Shown one piece after another: positions 52,307 through 62,567 of a stretch of 64,000 bases of DNA. The DNA is taken from positions 1-64,000 of the IMG/VR virus record IMGVR_UViG_3300020048_000093. One strand, given 5' to 3'. Every line of letters starts with the position of its first letter. Position 1 is the stretch's first letter. Origin of the DNA: a virus. Lineage: Duplodnaviria > Caudoviricetes. The notes under the pieces were generated by a model. It saw nothing but the letters and a program-made list of their open reading frames with translations. It had not been told where the DNA came from and did not search any database. The translations under genes were made by a program, and so were the position numbers.

Positions 52307-54037
52307 ATGGGAGTAAGACCTGCTATTTTTGAATCGGCCGGCAAGCGGTCGGAACACCTGATTCCTGGAGCGTATTCACGGAATAATACAGTGAGCGCTG
52401 CTTCTGGTGGTGTATCATCTTCGAACGGTGTCGTTATGGGCCAGTCAATCGGAGGAAAGCCGAATGTAATTTATTGGTTCTCGTCCGTAGCCGAGGCAGC
52501 TGATGTTCTTGTTAGTGGCCCGCTTCTTGAGGCTGTAGCGCACGCATTCAACCCCGGAGGTGGTTATACCCCACAGAAGATCGGTGCCATGCGCGTAAAC
52601 CCCGGCACGCAGTCTGTTCGGTCGCTCAAAGCGTCTGCCGTGGAGATTCTTTCCGTAAAAAGCTGGGCATTCGGAGTCCATGCAAACCAGCTCAAAATGT
52701 GGCTGAAGAACGGAACCTTAGCCAATTCGAAGCGAGTTGATTTTTCCTACAAGGGAAGCGACACGATAACGGACAATATAATCCTGGACTCTTTTTCCCT
52801 GATATATACCGGACTTGGCTCTGCCTGTTCGGTAACAATCACAAAGACGGGAATTACGACGACCTGTACGGGGGCTGCGGGTGACGACCAGAACATTAGC
52901 TTCGCCTCGTTTGCAACCATCGGGGAGCTTGTTTCCAAATTCAACGATACTTCGGTGTATACGGCTATTTTGCTCGATACGTCTTCATCGGCAGTAACGA
53001 CAAATCTTGATACCGTATCCGGTGTTGCCATAAAGGCCGGTGTTACCACCTTCAGAAGCAACATGTATGCTCTCAAGCTGGCTTTGGAAGCTTCGCCGTA
53101 TGTAGACTCCGTGACATTTAACGATACCCAGGCCAACCGTATAGTGCCTGACGTTGACGCCGGGTATATCTACTTCAGCGGTGCCGTTGACGGAGCATAC
53201 ACCGTAACGGAATGGGCTGCCTCTCTTACCGCAATGGAAACCGAAGATGTACAGATGATTGCTACGCACTCTACGGACAATGCGGTGCATACACTCATCA
53301 AAAACCATTGCGTAGCCATGTCGAGCGTGACTAATCGCAGAGAACGGTCATTCCTTCTGGGTGGAGCGATTGGGGAAAGCGTCGATAATGCAATTGTCGC
53401 GGCGAAAGCGTTTGGTACGCACAACGGATCGTATTGCTATCCGCACATCACCACTAATAATCCGATGACCGGAGTCGTAGAAACCGTAAGTGCGGCCATT
53501 TTTGCATGTAAACTCCTGGGCATGGAAGCGAGTGTCGCTGTAAACGAACCGCTTACCTGGAAGAGCGTCGATGTTCTTGCTTGGGGCAAGACGCTTTCCG
53601 TTACCGATACGGGCAAGCTGATCCAGGGTGGTGTACTAGCCGGTGGAATCACCGACGACAACCGGATTGCAGTAATTCGAGCCGTTACAACCAACCAGAG
53701 CGACGACCTGCAGCTGTGCGAGCGGTCGATGGTTCGCGAGGCCAATTATATGGCCCGCGACCTTCGCGTCCGCATGACAAAAATGGTCGGGCGACCGGAT
53801 GTACCCACATCGGGTGGATCCGAAGAATCCATTTTCATCATGGCTACGAAAGATTGGGCCGGAAGCGGACTGATTTATCCGAATGATAACGGGGATTTTT
53901 ACTGGGGTCTGAGCATTGTGAAAAACGGCGATCAGACTTTCATCCGGTACAATGTATATTTGACCGCACCGAAGAATTTCTTCTTCATTACGGCCAACAA
54001 CTACGTGTATTCATCCATTCAGTCCGTGGCGATATAA
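52307..54037 (+). CDS. Tail sheath protein
   Basis: F..AG....IPGAYSR, V.G.S.GG.P, EP.T.K, R.V..VTT. Confidence 0.92.
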   Translation: MGVRPAIFESAGKRSEHLIPGAYSRNNTVSAASGGVSSSNGVVMGQSIGGKPNVIYWFSSVAEAADVLVSGPLLEAVAHAFNPGGGYTPQKIGAMRVNPGTQSVRSLKASAVEILSVKSWAFGVHANQLKMWLKNGTLANSKRVDFSYKGSDTITDNIILDSFSLIYTGLGSACSVTITKTGITTTCTGAAGDDQNISFASFATIGELVSKFNDTSVYTAILLDTSSSAVTTNLDTVSGVAIKAGVTTFRSNMYALKLALEASPYVDSVTFNDTQANRIVPDVDAGYIYFSGAVDGAYTVTEWAASLTAMETEDVQMIATHSTDNAVHTLIKNHCVAMSSVTNRRERSFLLGGAIGESVDNAIVAAKAFGTHNGSYCYPHITTNNPMTGVVETVSAAIFACKLLGMEASVAVNEPLTWKSVDVLAWGKTLSVTDTGKLIQGGVLAGGITDDNRIAVIRAVTTNQSDDLQLCERSMVREANYMARDLRVRMTKMVGRPDVPTSGGSEESIFIMATKDWAGSGLIYPNDNGDFYWGLSIVKNGDQTFIRYNVYLTAPKNFFFITANNYVYSSIQSVAI

Positions 54038-54049
54038 GGAGCTTGTAAT

Positions 54050-54538
54050 ATGGGATTACCCAACGTAAAAGAAAAAATCATAGCAACCGGTGCCGATCTT
54101 CAGATTCGCATAGGTATCGACACGACAACACCCGAGGAGATTATCGGACTGGCAACCGGAATGAATTCCACAGAAAGCTTTCAGAACCAGGACGCCGTAG
54201 TCATTGGTAACTTGGGTCCGGTTTCGATTGACGCACAGGGATACAATTGTTCGATAACAGTCAATTCATTCGTTCCTGCAAAAGGCACGTTTAATGGGAC
54301 GCTTCAGTACGACGGAAGCGGGACCACAACCCTTGCAGAGAACAAGCCGTCGAGAGCCGATCTTATGTCTTCCGGAAAACCGAAATGCTTTGCATATCTT
54401 GACTTCTTCAACAAGAAGGAAAATAAGGTTATTGCGGCATTCAAGGGTGTAGTCGTTGATTCGTTCGGCATTCAGATCGAGGGAAATACGTATGTTCGCT
54501 CGAACATGCAACTTCGGGCACTGGAACAGACCATATGA
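54050..54538 (+). CDS. Tail tube protein
   Basis: Follows sheath; IIGLA.G..STE.F......IG; RBS AAGGAG. Confidence 0.85.
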   Translation: MGLPNVKEKIIATGADLQIRIGIDTTTPEEIIGLATGMNSTESFQNQDAVVIGNLGPVSIDAQGYNCSITVNSFVPAKGTFNGTLQYDGSGTTTLAENKPSRADLMSSGKPKCFAYLDFFNKKENKVIAAFKGVVVDSFGIQIEGNTYVRSNMQLRALEQTI

Positions 54539-55062
54539 GCGATCATTTCGAATTCGAGATTGTCGATCCGCCGAAAGTTGAAGAGAAAAAACCAACCGAG
54601 GCGGAAAAAGCATCCCTTTTCGAGAGCATCTTGATGGGTAAGGATATCACCACTAAAGTTACTACCTCACGGGGTGACTTTGTGGTGAAGTATCCAACCG
54701 GGAAGGACCTAGGGACAATAGACCGCATAAAGGCCATGCGCCGAAACGGGATCAGTGCCGATTCATTCGACGCCTTGGCCGGGTATACATCAACCGTTTA
54801 TGCAACACTCGATGTCGTCGTAATAAAGGGTCCTGAATGGTTTGAAAAAGCCAAAAAGGATAAGCCGAATTTCAGTTTCGAGGGGGTGCCGGACGACGAG
54901 TTGATAAACGAACTCTACAGTCGGGCACTTGATTTTCGCAACAATGTGCAAGGTCGAATTAAATCGGAAAGAGAAGATACAAAAGAAGCTTCCTTTGCCG
55001 GTCCTAAAGAAACTGTGGATGATGGAGCATTTTCGGGTATTGCCCACGGACCAACGACTTGA
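54535..55062 (+). CDS. Tail assembly chaperone
   Basis: Between tube and tape measure; SRG.F..KYP..KD, ATLDVV...P.WF. Confidence 0.75.
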   Translation: MSDHFEFEIVDPPKVEEKKPTEAEKASLFESILMGKDITTKVTTSRGDFVVKYPTGKDLGTIDRIKAMRRNGISADSFDALAGYTSTVYATLDVVVIKGPEWFEKAKKDKPNFSFEGVPDDELINELYSRALDFRNNVQGRIKSEREDTKEASFAGPKETVDDGAFSGIAHGPTT

Positions 55063-55231
55063 TTTGATAAGCGACCGTCAGATTGACATGTTTTTCGAGT
55101 ATGCAATGAGTTACACAGACGAAGCAGCACGCTGGGCATATCAGAAAGAAGACGAAAAGCATGATTTCGATGAAGAGCAGTTACGCGAAATCGGGTATAC
55201 CGAAGAAGAAATTGCGGAGATAAATAAGTGA
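55019..55231 (+). CDS. Second tail assembly chaperone segment (overlapping +1 frame; possibly frameshift fusion)
   Basis: LWMMEHFRVLPTD motif in a frame open from 54929 that overlaps the upstream chaperone. Confidence 0.6.
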   Translation: MMEHFRVLPTDQRLDLISDRQIDMFFEYAMSYTDEAARWAYQKEDEKHDFDEEQLREIGYTEEEIAEINK

Positions 55232-57426
55232 CGAACGTAGGAATAAAACTAAGTCTTGACTCTGCCGAAGCGGTAGCCAGCGCGAATGAAATGGCCCGTG
55301 CCTTCAAGGGAATGTCGTCCGCTATGGCTTCCGCTGCCGAAGGCGGAGATCCGCAAAAGGCCCGTGAATATGCTCAAGCCATGAAATCCATTCAAAACCT
55401 TCAGGATCCAAACGGAGGTCCCGGGGGAAGGGTCGGGCAGCAAGGACGTATGCAGAACGGAGCTCTGAGCGTCGTAAACTCCATGCCAGGGTATGTAAAT
55501 ACACTGGGTCGTGGAGACCTGGCGGGTGCTTCAATTTCTGCTTCCAGGGATATCAGTGGAGGAGTTCGCGGTGCCGGACGGGATGTTTTATCCGATGACA
55601 AGAACTCCGGATTAGGCAAAGCTTTAATGGGCGTTGGTATTGGCGGCGCAGTAATAGCCGGCTTGGCCGCAGGCGCAAACGCCATTGCAGAACAGTGGGA
55701 AAAGGTTCGAGAAGCTTCGATGGGACTCACGGCATCCCTTGAAAATGTTGCCGGAGGCGCAGAAGAAAACGGAAAGAAAATCATACACGCATTCGCGTCG
55801 GCGGCAGAAGCGGCAAACAAATGGGGATATTCATCCGAAGAAGGCGTGGCAAATGCAAAAGCTCTGTCAAAATATGGACTAACCGAGAAAAGCGGTGTGT
55901 ATTCTGCGTCAGAAAACGTTTTCAAGTTTGCCAGGACAACCGATGTAGATCGTTCGCTGCTGGAGCAGGTGAAGGGCGGGGCATCCAGGTATGGGAAAGG
56001 CGCAAATGCTCTTGAGTATACCTTCGGTGGTTTGCAATCGGCCGGAATGCAAAAGGGTCAATATGCTGAATATCTTCAAATACTGTCAAAGATGTTTGAA
56101 GATTCCCTTTCCCGAGGTGTAGTTAAAGGATACGACAAACTTTCCGGTAACATGGCCTTGATGAATAAAATAGGCGGTGGAAATAATCCTTTATGGCAGG
56201 GAGAGCAGGGATACTCTCGATTCCAGTCTATGAACAATGGCGTTGTAAACGCAACAAACCTATCATCACTCACGGACGTAATGACATACAAGGCCGCGAA
56301 GTCATTGCTTGGAAAAGGCGCAAGCATTACTGATACCATGATGATGATGGAGGGCGGAATAACGCCTGAATTAATGAAGAAACAGGCCGGCCAGATTTTT
56401 TCAAATCTTGGGCACGATCAAACAACCGTAAACGGTGCTCTAAAAAATATGTACGGATTGAATTGGACCGGAGCCGAGACTGTTCGTCAGTTTATGGAAA
56501 AGGGTGATTACGCCGGAGCTACGGCTTTAATAAAAGACCCTGGAAAATTCGAATCCGACGATTTACGAGCTCTAAGACTCCAAGAAAAGGTCTCTACCGA
56601 TGTAGCAGTTATTGGTTCTACCTTCGCTGGATACAAAACCGATCTTATGTCGAAGCTTGAAAGCATGACAAGCACCCTGGTATATGCGATAAAAGGCGAT
56701 ATACGAAGCGACTTGCGACCAGGTGAAATATTATCTGGAGTATTTGGAAGAGTAGAACAGTCGGGAAGGCAAAAGGGGTTTGCTACCGATTATCTTTCGG
56801 AAAAGGCTGCGTCTGTTTTTTCTGGATCGCTTTCTAAAGGTTCTGATACAGAGGAATACATAAGAATGTCGGCGTTGGGAAAGAAACTCAAGGGGCTGAC
56901 TTCTGAGCAAAGAGAGTATGCAAATTGGCACAACCTGTTCAATCCATCTGGAGATACAAGCGATTGGCGTTCATGGGCCTCTGCCGGAGAAAAAGGATTA
57001 TTGACTCTTGAAGGTATGAAAAATATTCCTTCTGCACCAAAAATACACGAACCAGACAATCCTCTTTATGTTGGTAAAAAAGGGTCATATGTAGATCATG
57101 GCGGATACGTAGATACCTACATGAAAGAAGCCCTTGATTATAAATTTACCTCACAAAAGCAAAAGGATGCTTTTAACAGTTCTGACGAAGCAAAGACGTT
57201 CATGAATCTCCTGAAGAACGACCGGTCAAATGGAGTTGATTCTTCAGAGTATAAATATCTGATCGAGGCGTTTAGGGAAATGCTACAAAATTATCAAGTA
57301 AAAGATTCGAATGGTTCGATAATTGGCATGGGATCAGCATTACAGGCAAATACTGATGCGATAAAAGCTTTGATTCCAAAGATGGATACGCTCACTATTG
57401 TTCGTGATGACGGGTATTCAGCGTGA
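55228..57426 (+). CDS. Tape measure protein
   Basis: Position; N-terminal VGIKLSLD; Ala/Gly-rich helical sequence. Confidence 0.85.
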   Translation: MTNVGIKLSLDSAEAVASANEMARAFKGMSSAMASAAEGGDPQKAREYAQAMKSIQNLQDPNGGPGGRVGQQGRMQNGALSVVNSMPGYVNTLGRGDLAGASISASRDISGGVRGAGRDVLSDDKNSGLGKALMGVGIGGAVIAGLAAGANAIAEQWEKVREASMGLTASLENVAGGAEENGKKIIHAFASAAEAANKWGYSSEEGVANAKALSKYGLTEKSGVYSASENVFKFARTTDVDRSLLEQVKGGASRYGKGANALEYTFGGLQSAGMQKGQYAEYLQILSKMFEDSLSRGVVKGYDKLSGNMALMNKIGGGNNPLWQGEQGYSRFQSMNNGVVNATNLSSLTDVMTYKAAKSLLGKGASITDTMMMMEGGITPELMKKQAGQIFSNLGHDQTTVNGALKNMYGLNWTGAETVRQFMEKGDYAGATALIKDPGKFESDDLRALRLQEKVSTDVAVIGSTFAGYKTDLMSKLESMTSTLVYAIKGDIRSDLRPGEILSGVFGRVEQSGRQKGFATDYLSEKAASVFSGSLSKGSDTEEYIRMSALGKKLKGLTSEQREYANWHNLFNPSGDTSDWRSWASAGEKGLLTLEGMKNIPSAPKIHEPDNPLYVGKKGSYVDHGGYVDTYMKEALDYKFTSQKQKDAFNSSDEAKTFMNLLKNDRSNGVDSSEYKYLIEAFREMLQNYQVKDSNGSIIGMGSALQANTDAIKALIPKMDTLTIVRDDGYSA

Positions 57427-58811
57427 GGACTGTATATCAGAACCCCAGGCCGGCAATAGCCATATATCGGCCCGAATACGACAATGCCGTGTTCAGGCAA
57501 AATCTTGTGGTTGCGTATGATCCATATGCTACCGGTCCGGGAACGGTTTCTACTGGCCTGCTGGCGTACACATTTAACGAGACAGTAAAAGGGATAGGAG
57601 GGTCATTCAGTTTCGAAGTAACCCCTGAAATGGATAACAAAGGATCCACCTGGTATGAAAAGATAAACAAAATGGATCTCGTATACATACAAGAAGCAGG
57701 CGAGATACGGTATGTCGGAGTCATACACAAAAAAAGATATTCATCCAGGATGACCGATAAGGGACCCGTCAGAACAATCTCATTTGATGGAGATTCGATA
57801 GGAGAAATGCTTAATCGCTTCCAGCTAATATTTGATTACAAGTTATTCCCAACAATAGACGCAGAAACGGCCGGTCTAAAACTGGCAGATGCGATAAATG
57901 AAAAGGAAATAACGATAAAAGAGCTGTTTACCTCAATATATACCGCATTCATGGACATAACTGAGCAATACCACAATACCAATTCCGGTGTCAGAACTGT
58001 ACTAGATGAATTTATATCGCTTGATAGGTGCGAGGATTCAAATGTTACGTATCTTATGCAGAATTCTTTTTATCAGCAGAATGTAAATACCATGATAGGA
58101 ATGTGGCAAAACTACTTGCCATCTCCCGTGTATGAAATATTCGGAAGGTACAATAACAAAGTAAATAAACTGGAAATAATTGCAAGGGAGTGCCCGTTTG
58201 GAGATGATGAGTTTCTTGCACTGGATCAATATACAATCGACCCTGTGCAGGTTATTGATTACGACCTGTCGGAAAGCGATGACGAGGTATACACGGCATT
58301 TTATTCATATCTCGTAGGCGACCAGTTTGATAAATCGTTTTACATGGCTGCAGACGGACTTGAAGGAAAGATGGTTTTGACAGACAGCGATAAATTCAAG
58401 ATGTATGGGTTCAGACCGCTTGAGGCCACATTTCGCTTCTATTCTAAATCTAACTTCAAAGAAGATGCGAATATACTTGCCGATATGCACAAAAAATACA
58501 ATGAAAAACTATGTAAGTGGTATAAAAATATCGACAACATGCTCGTTGGAACTATTACCATAAAAACGGACTGGTCCGGTAAAAGCTATCCAGTGGTAGG
58601 ATGCAGACTGGGATGGATTGGAGCTCAGTTTTACATTCAGGACATAGCACACTCATGGGCGTACGGGACCAGCCCGTCAATGAAAATCACAGTTATCAGA
58701 GGGTATCAATACGCAGGTTCTAAAACCGGAAAAATACGCAACGTCGGACAAGCATTAAAGGAATTCGAGAAACAGCAGCCGGAAAAAACAACCACACCAA
58801 GGAACGCATGA
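57423..58811 (+). CDS. Baseplate hub protein
   Basis: After TMP; G.FSF.V, GCRLG.....FYI..I.HSW.YG.....ITV.RG. Confidence 0.7.
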   Translation: MRTVYQNPRPAIAIYRPEYDNAVFRQNLVVAYDPYATGPGTVSTGLLAYTFNETVKGIGGSFSFEVTPEMDNKGSTWYEKINKMDLVYIQEAGEIRYVGVIHKKRYSSRMTDKGPVRTISFDGDSIGEMLNRFQLIFDYKLFPTIDAETAGLKLADAINEKEITIKELFTSIYTAFMDITEQYHNTNSGVRTVLDEFISLDRCEDSNVTYLMQNSFYQQNVNTMIGMWQNYLPSPVYEIFGRYNNKVNKLEIIARECPFGDDEFLALDQYTIDPVQVIDYDLSESDDEVYTAFYSYLVGDQFDKSFYMAADGLEGKMVLTDSDKFKMYGFRPLEATFRFYSKSNFKEDANILADMHKKYNEKLCKWYKNIDNMLVGTITIKTDWSGKSYPVVGCRLGWIGAQFYIQDIAHSWAYGTSPSMKITVIRGYQYAGSKTGKIRNVGQALKEFEKQQPEKTTTPRNA

Positions 58812-59569
58812 TAATCACACAAGTTGTAAGGAACAATAAAAAGGTCACAAATAATCTTGACGGACGATCCATAACAGAGTCGCTTTCCCATAGATATGGC
58901 ATCTGGGCAATCGTAAGCGCTGTTCATTCTGACAGTGTTTCGGTAGACGTTACCCTGGAAACGGGTTTTGCGGTCAAATACATTCCTGTTGCGAGCCGAG
59001 AGTGGTTTAATGATTCGGGAGAGAATGTTTCAGGCGAACGCGATCTGCCTACAGTAGGTTCGCGAGTTTTTATCTTTATGCCTGATAAACGCATTGAAAC
59101 AGGGTTTGTACTTTGTTCTGGATATAACCCTCTTTCTGCAAAGGGCGAGGCTGCCTTATCAGAATCCGGAAAAGAAAACGAGCGTCTTCAAATCCTTCCG
59201 GGTAACTGGAAACGGGTATATGATTACGTCACGGGAGATTTTACCGAAACCTCACCGGACGAGTTGATTAAACTGACCGTAAAACCGGCAGGTACTGTAG
59301 AGATTTTAGCGTTTGACACGAAGATTACGGCAGCAAAAGACGATTCGTTGACCATTGAGGCTTTTGACTGTACAATAATCATAAAAGACGGCGACGTAAG
59401 CCTGGTGGGTAAAAAGGTAACATTGTCGGGAACCGACGTGGTTTTAACGGGCGGAAAACTGACTACATCCGGAAGCGCATCACCTAGCGGTTCTGGGCCA
59501 TATTGTGGAATTCCAGTGTGCCCATTTACAGGAGCACCTCATGTCGGAAACATTGTAATGGGGACATAA
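58808..59569 (+). CDS. Baseplate central spike (gpV/gp138-like)
   Basis: N-terminal OB fold with LPTVGSRVFI; beta-repeat; C-terminal CGIP.CPFTGAPH metal site. Confidence 0.75.
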   Translation: MIITQVVRNNKKVTNNLDGRSITESLSHRYGIWAIVSAVHSDSVSVDVTLETGFAVKYIPVASREWFNDSGENVSGERDLPTVGSRVFIFMPDKRIETGFVLCSGYNPLSAKGEAALSESGKENERLQILPGNWKRVYDYVTGDFTETSPDELIKLTVKPAGTVEILAFDTKITAAKDDSLTIEAFDCTIIIKDGDVSLVGKKVTLSGTDVVLTGGKLTTSGSASPSGSGPYCGIPVCPFTGAPHVGNIVMGT

Positions 59570-59570
59570 A

Positions 59571-59831
59571 ATGGCAATGGATAAAACCTTACTAGGAACG
59601 GCAATTGCAAATATAATTACGGATTCTACCGCCAGCTCCGAGGATAAGGCAAAGGTAAAAGCTTTGTGGTCTGACATTGCCGGGGCAATAATTGATCATA
59701 TCAAGACAAATGCAATCGTAACCACTCCCATATCGACTATTGTCGCTGGATCAGCAGCGGTAACTACAGCTCCGGGAGCGGCGGTTGTAACCGGATCCGG
59801 TTCCGGAACAGGAACGGGAACAATATCGTGA
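59571..59831 (+). CDS. Small spike-associated baseplate protein
   Basis: AIIDHIKTNA.V ... GTGTGTIS. Confidence 0.6.
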   Translation: MAMDKTLLGTAIANIITDSTASSEDKAKVKALWSDIAGAIIDHIKTNAIVTTPISTIVAGSAAVTTAPGAAVVTGSGSGTGTGTIS

Positions 59832-61489
59832 GTTACAATATGGTTCAAAAAGATATTTGGAAAAAATCATATTTGATTGAAATTCTGTCTGGTGACACGT
59901 TGTTTGACGCGTTTACATTTTCATTGCCTCCAGAATCGGAAGAGTTTGTCCAATCCCAAAGAAAAACAGAAACGAAAACATTCGGCGGATTATGGGTAGA
60001 TGACTACGGTACTGATGCGGTAAAAATCAACCTGTCAGGTACTACCGGAAACAGGGAGATGAAGAAAATATATCGCCCAGGGGTAAGGACCGGAAGCGAT
60101 ATGTTTTTAACCGGTGAAGAAGAAATTGCATACATAAGAGACAATATTGTAAATTACAAAAACAGATACAAAAATGATTCCGGAAGCCTCAGGATGATGC
60201 TGTATGATCTGTCAAAGATAAGTGATTCATACAAGATGGAAAGCGGTGCATTTTCTACTGGATCAAATAGCTGGGAAGTTTTTCTCGGAGATTTCAAATA
60301 TTCTCGCACAAAAGATAGACCATTTGTTTTCACCTATTCGATAGAATTTACCGGAATACCGTACACCAAAAAATCTACTCAATACGCACCGGCAAGAAAT
60401 GAACCAGAGAAAATAATATCTACGGCAGAACGTATAAAGACAAATCTGGACAAGCTTACCGAAAGTTATTTGTTTGCACAGGGAGTGTTGAAAACAATAC
60501 AGGACGCAAAGGCAAAGGTTACAGCATTTGTTGACGAATATAACCGCTATCTTTCATTGATAAATGGAATAGGTGACACGTGGGAGTCGATAACAAAGGA
60601 AATAACAGGAATACGAACATTCCTTCTGGATCAGACGCAACGAGTGTATGATTTATCGTTAAATGCCTGGACTGGCGGGATAAAAAACATAGGTAATTCA
60701 GTTAATGCAATAGCTGCGGAGTGCGTGGCCCTGTGGGAGTCACCAGACACACTTCCGGAACAATGGAAAACGAATGAGCAAAAGTATTATGATTCTACCG
60801 ACCTTGTATTGCAGGAACTACAGGATGACTTCGCCTACCTAACGGCATCATCAAAATCGGCAGACACACCAGAACTCATACCAGTTCTCGACGAAGAGGG
60901 GAATCGATCCATTGAGGTTGTGTACGGAAATTTTGAAGTGGTCGTAGACAGCACAATGACGCTTGAAACAATCGCACAAAAGTACCTGGGAGATTCCGGT
61001 CTGGCTATTTTGATAGCCGCTTACAATGGCGTTTCCTCAATAACCGATCTGGCACCAGGGGACACAATAAAAATCCCGGTAGTTCTTGACAAGTATTATA
61101 ATTCTGAAAATCTTATTTACACTCCTTCTGAAGAAACCGACCAGCTTGGAAAAGACATTGCTTTGTCAGACAAGGAAATGCAGGTATCGGTAACAGGTGA
61201 TTTTCTTCTGTCTTCAGGAACTGGCAATCTTTCACAGGCCATAACCATGCGGCTGCAAGAAAATGTTGACAATCGTATTAAATGGTCTACATATGGAATA
61301 AAGAACACCATAGCCGATCCAGTTGCGAGTATTTCATATCTCATCGCATCTATAAATGCAACCGTTACAGATGATCCGAGAGTATCAAACATTGAAAATC
61401 TGAGGATGAAAGGAATCGGTGATAAAATATCGGTTGCTTTCGACTATACCTCGGCATCCGGTAAAGAATCATATTCAGGAGTTGTGTAA
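59828..61489 (+). CDS. Baseplate protein: tube-initiator-like N-terminus + LysM + gp25-like C-terminus
   Basis: TFGGLWVDDYG..INLSGTTG; TLETIAQKYLGD...IAAYN..L.PG.TIKIP; GDF.L.SG..NL.QAI..RL..YG..DPRV. Confidence 0.7.
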   Translation: MSYNMVQKDIWKKSYLIEILSGDTLFDAFTFSLPPESEEFVQSQRKTETKTFGGLWVDDYGTDAVKINLSGTTGNREMKKIYRPGVRTGSDMFLTGEEEIAYIRDNIVNYKNRYKNDSGSLRMMLYDLSKISDSYKMESGAFSTGSNSWEVFLGDFKYSRTKDRPFVFTYSIEFTGIPYTKKSTQYAPARNEPEKIISTAERIKTNLDKLTESYLFAQGVLKTIQDAKAKVTAFVDEYNRYLSLINGIGDTWESITKEITGIRTFLLDQTQRVYDLSLNAWTGGIKNIGNSVNAIAAECVALWESPDTLPEQWKTNEQKYYDSTDLVLQELQDDFAYLTASSKSADTPELIPVLDEEGNRSIEVVYGNFEVVVDSTMTLETIAQKYLGDSGLAILIAAYNGVSSITDLAPGDTIKIPVVLDKYYNSENLIYTPSEETDQLGKDIALSDKEMQVSVTGDFLLSSGTGNLSQAITMRLQENVDNRIKWSTYGIKNTIADPVASISYLIASINATVTDDPRVSNIENLRMKGIGDKISVAFDYTSASGKESYSGVV

Positions 61490-62565
61490 TGGAAATAAGA
61501 AGCTTTACGACTATATTCAATACCATGAAGAATTGGATAATCACCAAGCAGGACAAGTTGACTGATTTTAACAACGGAAGTGTTATTTCTTCACTTGTTG
61601 AAGCGATTGCCCGTGAAATTGCACAGATTTATATTCGGTGCAGGGTCGGGTACGATCAGTTTCTTAGCGCTATACCTTACTCGGTATTCAAATTTTACGC
61701 GAAACAAGGTGGTTATGCCGTAGGGTCGGTTGTTTTTTCACGGACCGCCTCGGCGTTGTCAGCTACGCAAATACCAGCCGGGACCATAGTAGCTGCTGAT
61801 ACTTTTTTCTACACCACAACAGCAAACGGATCAATAGCTTCCGGGCAAATAGCATCGGCTCCGATACCGGTGATATCCTCAAAAATAGGATTTGACTATA
61901 ATGTTGACAGCGGGCAGATATCAAAAATAATTTCTATATTGCCTTCGGATATTACTTCCGTCACCAATACTCTTAAATTTACCGGTGGATTTGACACAGA
62001 GACTGATTTTGATTTTACCGCTCGATTTCAGGATTATATAAAAGGATTATCACATACAAATATTTACGGAATCATGACAGCTGGAAAAAAATCATCGTAT
62101 GTGCGATCAGTTTCACTCATCGAACACTTTCCTCCCGTGGACGACATTTTTAATGTTACCGTGTATGTCGATGATGGAACTGGATACACTAGCCCTGAAG
62201 CAATAACAGACGTTACAAATATATTGGAGGGAGATGGAAGTCCTGAAAACCCTGGATATAAAGCGTGCGGAATCAATTTCAGAGTTCTTGCCCCGACAGT
62301 CGTCCTGGTTGATCTTGAATTTACCCTGTACACAAGAAATACAGATGAGATGGTGGCGAAGTATGACGCTGAAAAAACAGTACGTGAGTATATAAACAAT
62401 CTTCTTATCGGAGACGATGTTATTCTTTCGACGCTTGTGGTTACACTGAGAAACACCTTCTATATTTATGATGTAGATATTGCAAGCCCGTCAGGAAATA
62501 TTACAATAGGTTCGTCGCAGCTTGCCAGATTTGGAAGCGCGGCAATAACTGTGGTATCGGAGTAA
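61489..62565 (+). CDS. Baseplate J-like wedge protein
   Basis: TDFNNGSVISSLVEA.A, IPAGT.V, GGFD.ETD..F..RF. Confidence 0.9.
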   Translation: MEIRSFTTIFNTMKNWIITKQDKLTDFNNGSVISSLVEAIAREIAQIYIRCRVGYDQFLSAIPYSVFKFYAKQGGYAVGSVVFSRTASALSATQIPAGTIVAADTFFYTTTANGSIASGQIASAPIPVISSKIGFDYNVDSGQISKIISILPSDITSVTNTLKFTGGFDTETDFDFTARFQDYIKGLSHTNIYGIMTAGKKSSYVRSVSLIEHFPPVDDIFNVTVYVDDGTGYTSPEAITDVTNILEGDGSPENPGYKACGINFRVLAPTVVLVDLEFTLYTRNTDEMVAKYDAEKTVREYINNLLIGDDVILSTLVVTLRNTFYIYDVDIASPSGNITIGSSQLARFGSAAITVVSE

Positions 62566-62567
62566 TC

